Of a DNA stretch of 64,000 bases, positions 62,391-64,000 are shown piece after piece. The DNA is from Trypanosoma brucei. Its lineage: Eukaryota. Each line of letters starts with the position of its first letter. Position 1 is the first letter of the stretch. The stretch covers positions 288,001 through 352,000 of the forward strand of contig CP000066.1 in the NCBI GenBank assembly GCA_000002445.1, given 5' to 3'. Both the position numbers and the translations under genes were made by a program. The notes beneath the pieces are model-generated. The model searched no databases. It was not told the DNA's origin and worked only from the letters and a program-made list of their open reading frames with translations.

Positions 62391-63395
62391 ATGACCCACA
62401 ATGTGATGTGTGATGATGTGTTGCCGCAGCTAAACCTTCCAGATGGTGTAACTAGGTGGAATGCGAATTTGCTTGAGGAGGAGCGACGTCTCCGAAATAG
62501 TGACGGACATGCTGACCGAATAATATTGACAATTAATACTCTTGGGAAGCGTAGCAAGGAGGCGCAGTCGCTGAATACCATACTCACCTCCGTACCGCGT
62601 TTGCGAGAAAACAGAGACGCCCGTCTTTATTTGCTCTGCCATGGTGGCCGGGGCGTTGGAATTTTAAAGATTGGAGTGAAGAGGTTATTCGTGGTGCCGC
62701 CGTCGCACGCGGGGCTGATGGAAATTGAACCCGTGTGCGTCCTGGACTTCTTTGTTGATACCAGCAACCAGCGGCAGGGCTACGGGAAGATTCTTTTTGA
62801 ACATATGTTGGCGTTTGAGCGGCTGAGCCCAGGTGACGTGGCCATTGACCGCCCAAGTGTCAAGTTTCTAGCATTTCTGCGAAAGCATTACGGACTGGTA
62901 GAGTACACCCCTCAGTCCAATAATTTCGTAGTGTTTCACAAGTATTTCGAGCGTCACCAGCAGCAGCGGCGTGGAGTTGGAGGTTCCGGTCGCTCTGGTT
63001 ACCAGCACTGCAACGAGACTACAACACAGCAGTTGGGAACTCAAAGTGGGTTACTGGAGGATATAAATCAAACTCATCCGGCGCCTAGTTATGCCTTGCG
63101 GGGTGTTGTTATGGGTCACACCGGCCCACCATTAGATCTTACCAATGTTACCCAACAGCAGAAACCATACCATCAACCTTTCGCAACAGGGAGGAAAACA
63201 TCGTATGAATTGCAGTACGAACGGTACCTGCAAAGTCAAAATTGCCGGCCAACCGGGAATGCGGGATATGGTGGTGGGAATGGACCTGCATCTTCAGCGG
63301 AGGTGCGTGCTACAAATTGTCAGGCACGACGCCGCACATCACCAACGCGAAGTGGTGTACCGTACAATATAATCAATGGGTCTACGGGATCTTAG
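62391..63395 (+). CDS. Alpha-tubulin N-acetyltransferase (ATAT1/MEC-17 family).
   Basis: Acetyl-CoA-binding Q/R-x-x-G-x-G/A motif in context [21 protein letters not shown] (ATAT1: ...QR.G.G..LF..ML). N-terminal [17 protein letters not shown] region conserved in MEC-17 proteins. The first ATG is at 62391; the track start at 62298 is TTG in a pyrimidine tract. Confidence 0.7.
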
Positions 63396-63468
63396 TTCCA
63401 TGTGGTAGGTGTCGAGAAAGGTAACAACACCAACATCTGAAAGGCTTGTCGAGTATGTTTTTTTTTTC

Positions 63469-63469
<1 letters not shown>

Positions 63470-63516
<47 letters not shown>
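63470..63516. repeat. Compound (GT)n(AT)n(GT)n microsatellite.
   Basis: gtgtgtgtatatatatatatatatatatatatgtgtgtgtgtgtgt read directly, downstream of the alpha-tubulin acetyltransferase gene. Confidence 0.95.
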
Positions 63517-64000
63517 AGAAGAATAAAACGGAAAAGGGAGAGTGGAAAGGTTGAAGAGAGAGAGGGAGAGAATGGAGAAAAGGAAGAGAGATTCTGCAAA
63601 TAGTTGATTTTCAGTTTTGGTTTCACTTCGTGTGGTACCGAAAGGTTTTTTTTTTATCTGAGGGCTGTGCGTCCGGGACACGTCAAAGTTATTTGAAAGT
63701 GATGTTTTTGTTTTTTTTGGTGTCCTCTTCTTCTTTCGTTTATTTACCGTTTGCCCAAAATCTGCCGCTTCATGCATGTCTTACCTTTCTCCACTTCTTT
63801 TTTGATGTTGACTCTCCTCCCCTAACCCTAACTACTATTTAATTTTGCTTTATCTTTTTTTTTGCCTGTGTCATCTCTGCGGACCTGTTGCCTCCTTATC
63901 ATTTGTTTCTTGCATTCTCTTTTAATAGTATGTGTAGCATCTTAAGGGATTGCCTGCTGGAAGGGGAAAAGAATTATTTGATGGCACACAAACTGCGGTA

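Overview
The window reads as a nuclear genomic segment from a kinetoplastid, probably Trypanosoma brucei or a close relative. This is an inference from gene content and from a remembered synteny of DNA methyltransferase, RPS25 and ATP synthase beta on T. brucei chromosome 3; no search was run. Twenty-two intron-less protein-coding genes all lie on the + strand with no strand switch, so the whole window looks like one polycistronic transcription unit. Genes are separated by 0.3-1.7 kb AT-rich spacers carrying polypyrimidine tracts (trans-splicing and polyadenylation signals) and recurrent (TA)n/(GT)n microsatellites.

Recognisable products include:
- a giant ASH/MSP-repeat (hydin/CFAP-like) flagellar protein
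- Sec24, SLX1 (GIY-YIG + RING) and a Dicer-like RNase III protein
- a PP2A-type catalytic subunit, RPB10, a PPP4R2-like protein, an NPL4-like protein and a cullin
- two adjacent paralogous WD40 proteins with MIOS/WDR24/WDR59-type C-terminal zinc-ribbon/RING modules (SEA/GATOR2-like)
- a long PPR-like helical-repeat protein, a CCCH zinc-finger protein and a UTP4/cirhin-like WD40 protein
- a complete C5 DNA cytosine methyltransferase (DNMT6-like), RPS25, mitochondrial ATP synthase F1 beta, an LMBR1-like membrane protein and alpha-tubulin N-acetyltransferase

I could not support any tRNA, rRNA, snoRNA or mobile element by eye. Most minus-strand ORFs in the track are antisense artefacts of GC3-rich + strand genes. 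The ORF track uses GTG/TTG/CTG alternative starts, so CDS starts below are moved to the first in-frame ATG where needed. Ends include the stop codon.
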